This document shows, in pieces, positions 16,149 to 17,631 of a DNA stretch of 17,631 bases; the stretch's first letter is position 1; each line of letters begins with the position of its first letter. The notes beneath the pieces are model-generated. The model saw nothing but the letters and a program-made list of their open reading frames with translations. It did not search any database and was not told the DNA's origin. Source of the DNA: Oculatellaceae cyanobacterium bins.114 (GTDB taxonomy: Bacteria > Cyanobacteriota > Cyanobacteriia > Elainellales > Elainellaceae); assembly GCA_033764315.1 (NCBI GenBank), contig JANRJA010000027.1:1-17631 (forward strand), read 5' to 3'. The position numbers and the translations under genes were made by a program.

Positions 16149-16162
16149 CATACAAATGTACT
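16149..16162. promoter_or_regulatory. Putative LexA box in the recA/xseA divergent region
   Basis: Minus strand AGTAC-ATT-TGTATG is one mismatch from RGTAC-NNN-DGTWCB and lies upstream of recA, where such a box is expected. Confidence 0.65.
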
Positions 16163-16257
16163 ATGAGTTAGAGGTTACAAATCTAGAATTTTTATATAGA
16201 CTTCAAACTTAACAGTCTCAATTATTAATAGAGTCACCCTGTAATTTGGTCTGAGAT

Positions 16258-17523
16258 ATGACCCTCGATCTCCCTAACCTCCTGTTTCCCGATACATCCC
16301 TCTCAGTGGCAGGGTTGACTGCTTACATTCAGTCTCTGCTAGAGCAAGATGACCAATTGCGGCAGGTTTGGGTGACAGGAGAAGTCTCTAGTGCGACTCG
16401 CTATCGTAGTGGCTTATTTTTTACACTCCAAGATCCTGATGCGCAAGCCTCAATTAGCTGTGTGGTGTGGAGTAGTCAAATCAATAAACTCGCTACCCTT
16501 CCAGTCCAAGGGGAACAGCTCATTATCTTGGGCAGAATTCATGTTCATCCCCAGCGGGGAAGCTATCAATTGATGGTGTGGCAAGCCCTTCCAGCAGGAG
16601 AAGGCTTGAGGGCACTGCGCTATCGCAAACTGCGCCAACAACTTGAAAAAGAAGGGCTGTTTGACTCTAGCCGCAAACGTCCTTTGCCACGACATCCCCA
16701 AACGATCGCTGTAGTCACCTCACCCCAGGCAGCGGCTTGGGGCGATATTCAGCGCACACTCAAACGCCGCTATCCAGGGTTGCATGTGTTGTTTTCTCCT
16801 GCTTTAGTCCAAGGGGATCAAGCCCCCGGCTCAATTGTCAGTGCTATTCGGCGGGTTGAACGAGATGGACGAGCCGAGGTGCTGATCGTCTCACGGGGTG
16901 GGGGCGCGATCGAAGATATGGCTTGTTTTAATGATGAGCGAGTGGTGCGAGCGATCGCGGCTTGTTCGATTCCAGTGGTAGCGGGCATCGGTCACCAACG
17001 AGACGAATCGCTGTCTGATCTGGCCGCCGATATTTGTGCTCATACCCCTACTGCCGCCGCTGAACAAGCCGTACCAGGTTTGATGGATTTAGTCTCTGAA
17101 CACCAAGAACGATTGGATGCCTTGCACCAGGCTGTGCAACAGAACTTAAACAACTGTTATGACCAGTGCGATCGCCTACGAGGACGCCTGCAACGCCTCA
17201 ACCTCGATCGCCAAATTCGCCAACGTATGCAAGCGATCGCCTGGATGCGACAACGCCTTACCCAGAGCACCTATCAACAGCTTCAACAGGCGACTCAATA
17301 TTGTCATTTATTGAAACAAAAACTGACGACGCTTGCCCCTCAAGCGGTACTTCAGAGAGGATATGCCCTGGTGACTCAAGAAGATGGAGCGATCGTGCGC
17401 TCTGTAGAAGACATCCTCCCCGGACAAGACCTCAACATTCAACTAGCCCACGGAAAAACCAAAGCTCAAGTGTCTGAAATTATCAATACTCATAACATCT
17501 CACTATTAGATAAACCATTATGA
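16258..17523 (+). CDS. xseA: Exodeoxyribonuclease VII large subunit
   Basis: LSVAGLT.YI..LLE, VWVTGEVS, IAVVTSP.AAAWGDI, VQG..AP, LIVSRGGGAIED...FNDE, GIGHQRD.SLSDLAAD....TPTAAAE, VLQRGYA. Confidence 0.97.
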   Translation: MTLDLPNLLFPDTSLSVAGLTAYIQSLLEQDDQLRQVWVTGEVSSATRYRSGLFFTLQDPDAQASISCVVWSSQINKLATLPVQGEQLIILGRIHVHPQRGSYQLMVWQALPAGEGLRALRYRKLRQQLEKEGLFDSSRKRPLPRHPQTIAVVTSPQAAAWGDIQRTLKRRYPGLHVLFSPALVQGDQAPGSIVSAIRRVERDGRAEVLIVSRGGGAIEDMACFNDERVVRAIAACSIPVVAGIGHQRDESLSDLAADICAHTPTAAAEQAVPGLMDLVSEHQERLDALHQAVQQNLNNCYDQCDRLRGRLQRLNLDRQIRQRMQAIAWMRQRLTQSTYQQLQQATQYCHLLKQKLTTLAPQAVLQRGYALVTQEDGAIVRSVEDILPGQDLNIQLAHGKTKAQVSEIINTHNISLLDKPL

Positions 17524-17631
17524 CTCCCCCCTCTAATGATCCCCGTTCATCCCCGATTAGCAGTGTCAAGGCGTCTCAAGATGGGCAGTCTGGCTCTACT
17601 ACTGGTCACTCAGATCTCCCCGGCAATTGGA
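17520..17631 (+). CDS. xseB: Probable exodeoxyribonuclease VII small subunit, 5' part (runs off window)
   Basis: ATG overlaps the xseA stop (ATGA). The frame MTPPSNDPRSSPISSVKASQDGQSGSTTGHSDLPGNW stays open to the edge. The call rests on synteny and the ..NW that usually precedes YE in cyanobacterial XseB. Confidence 0.6.
   Translation, partial: MTPPSNDPRSSPISSVKASQDGQSGSTTGHSDLPGNW

Larger units (their letters stand above)
1344..17240. repeat. HIP1 octamer GCGATCGC dispersed through the window (more than 30 copies)
   Basis: Examples at 1344, 1480, 1652, 3079, 3665, 5594, 6368, 8263, 12345, 14200, 17168, 17233. Confidence 0.95.

Noticed and set aside
16053..16180. NtcA site (GTA-N8-TAC) in the recA/xseA gap
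   Set aside because: The GTA/TAC pairs I found have 13- or 15-nt spacing, not 8.

Overview
Cyanobacterial chromosomal window: more than 30 copies of the HIP1 octamer GCGATCGC, Uma2 genes and a cikA-like gene. Conserved genes are the 3' end of a CikA-like hybrid kinase with a pseudo-receiver, a small HTH protein, glutaminase, nurA, a BioD/DRTGG 'phosphotransacetylase-family' gene, and recA divergent from xseA-xseB. Between glsA and nurA lies an all-minus-strand accessory block (1973-6656): a UPF0175/DUF3368 antitoxin-PIN pair, an EACC1-like gene with a catalytically intact caspase-TPR gene, a REP-associated Y1 transposase (RAYT) and a Uma2 gene. The most notable structure is the RAYT gene sitting between asymmetric double-hairpin left and right ends, followed immediately by a 109-bp gene-less copy of the same two ends. 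Other points of interest are a perfect 24-bp palindrome inserted in frame and tandemly amplified inside nurA, matching LexA-like boxes upstream of nurA and recA, a probably exported PPC-TPR-CHAT protease, a twice-broken Uma2 pseudogene, and several unrelated small palindromic repeat families. All family calls come from motif recognition by eye; no searches were run.
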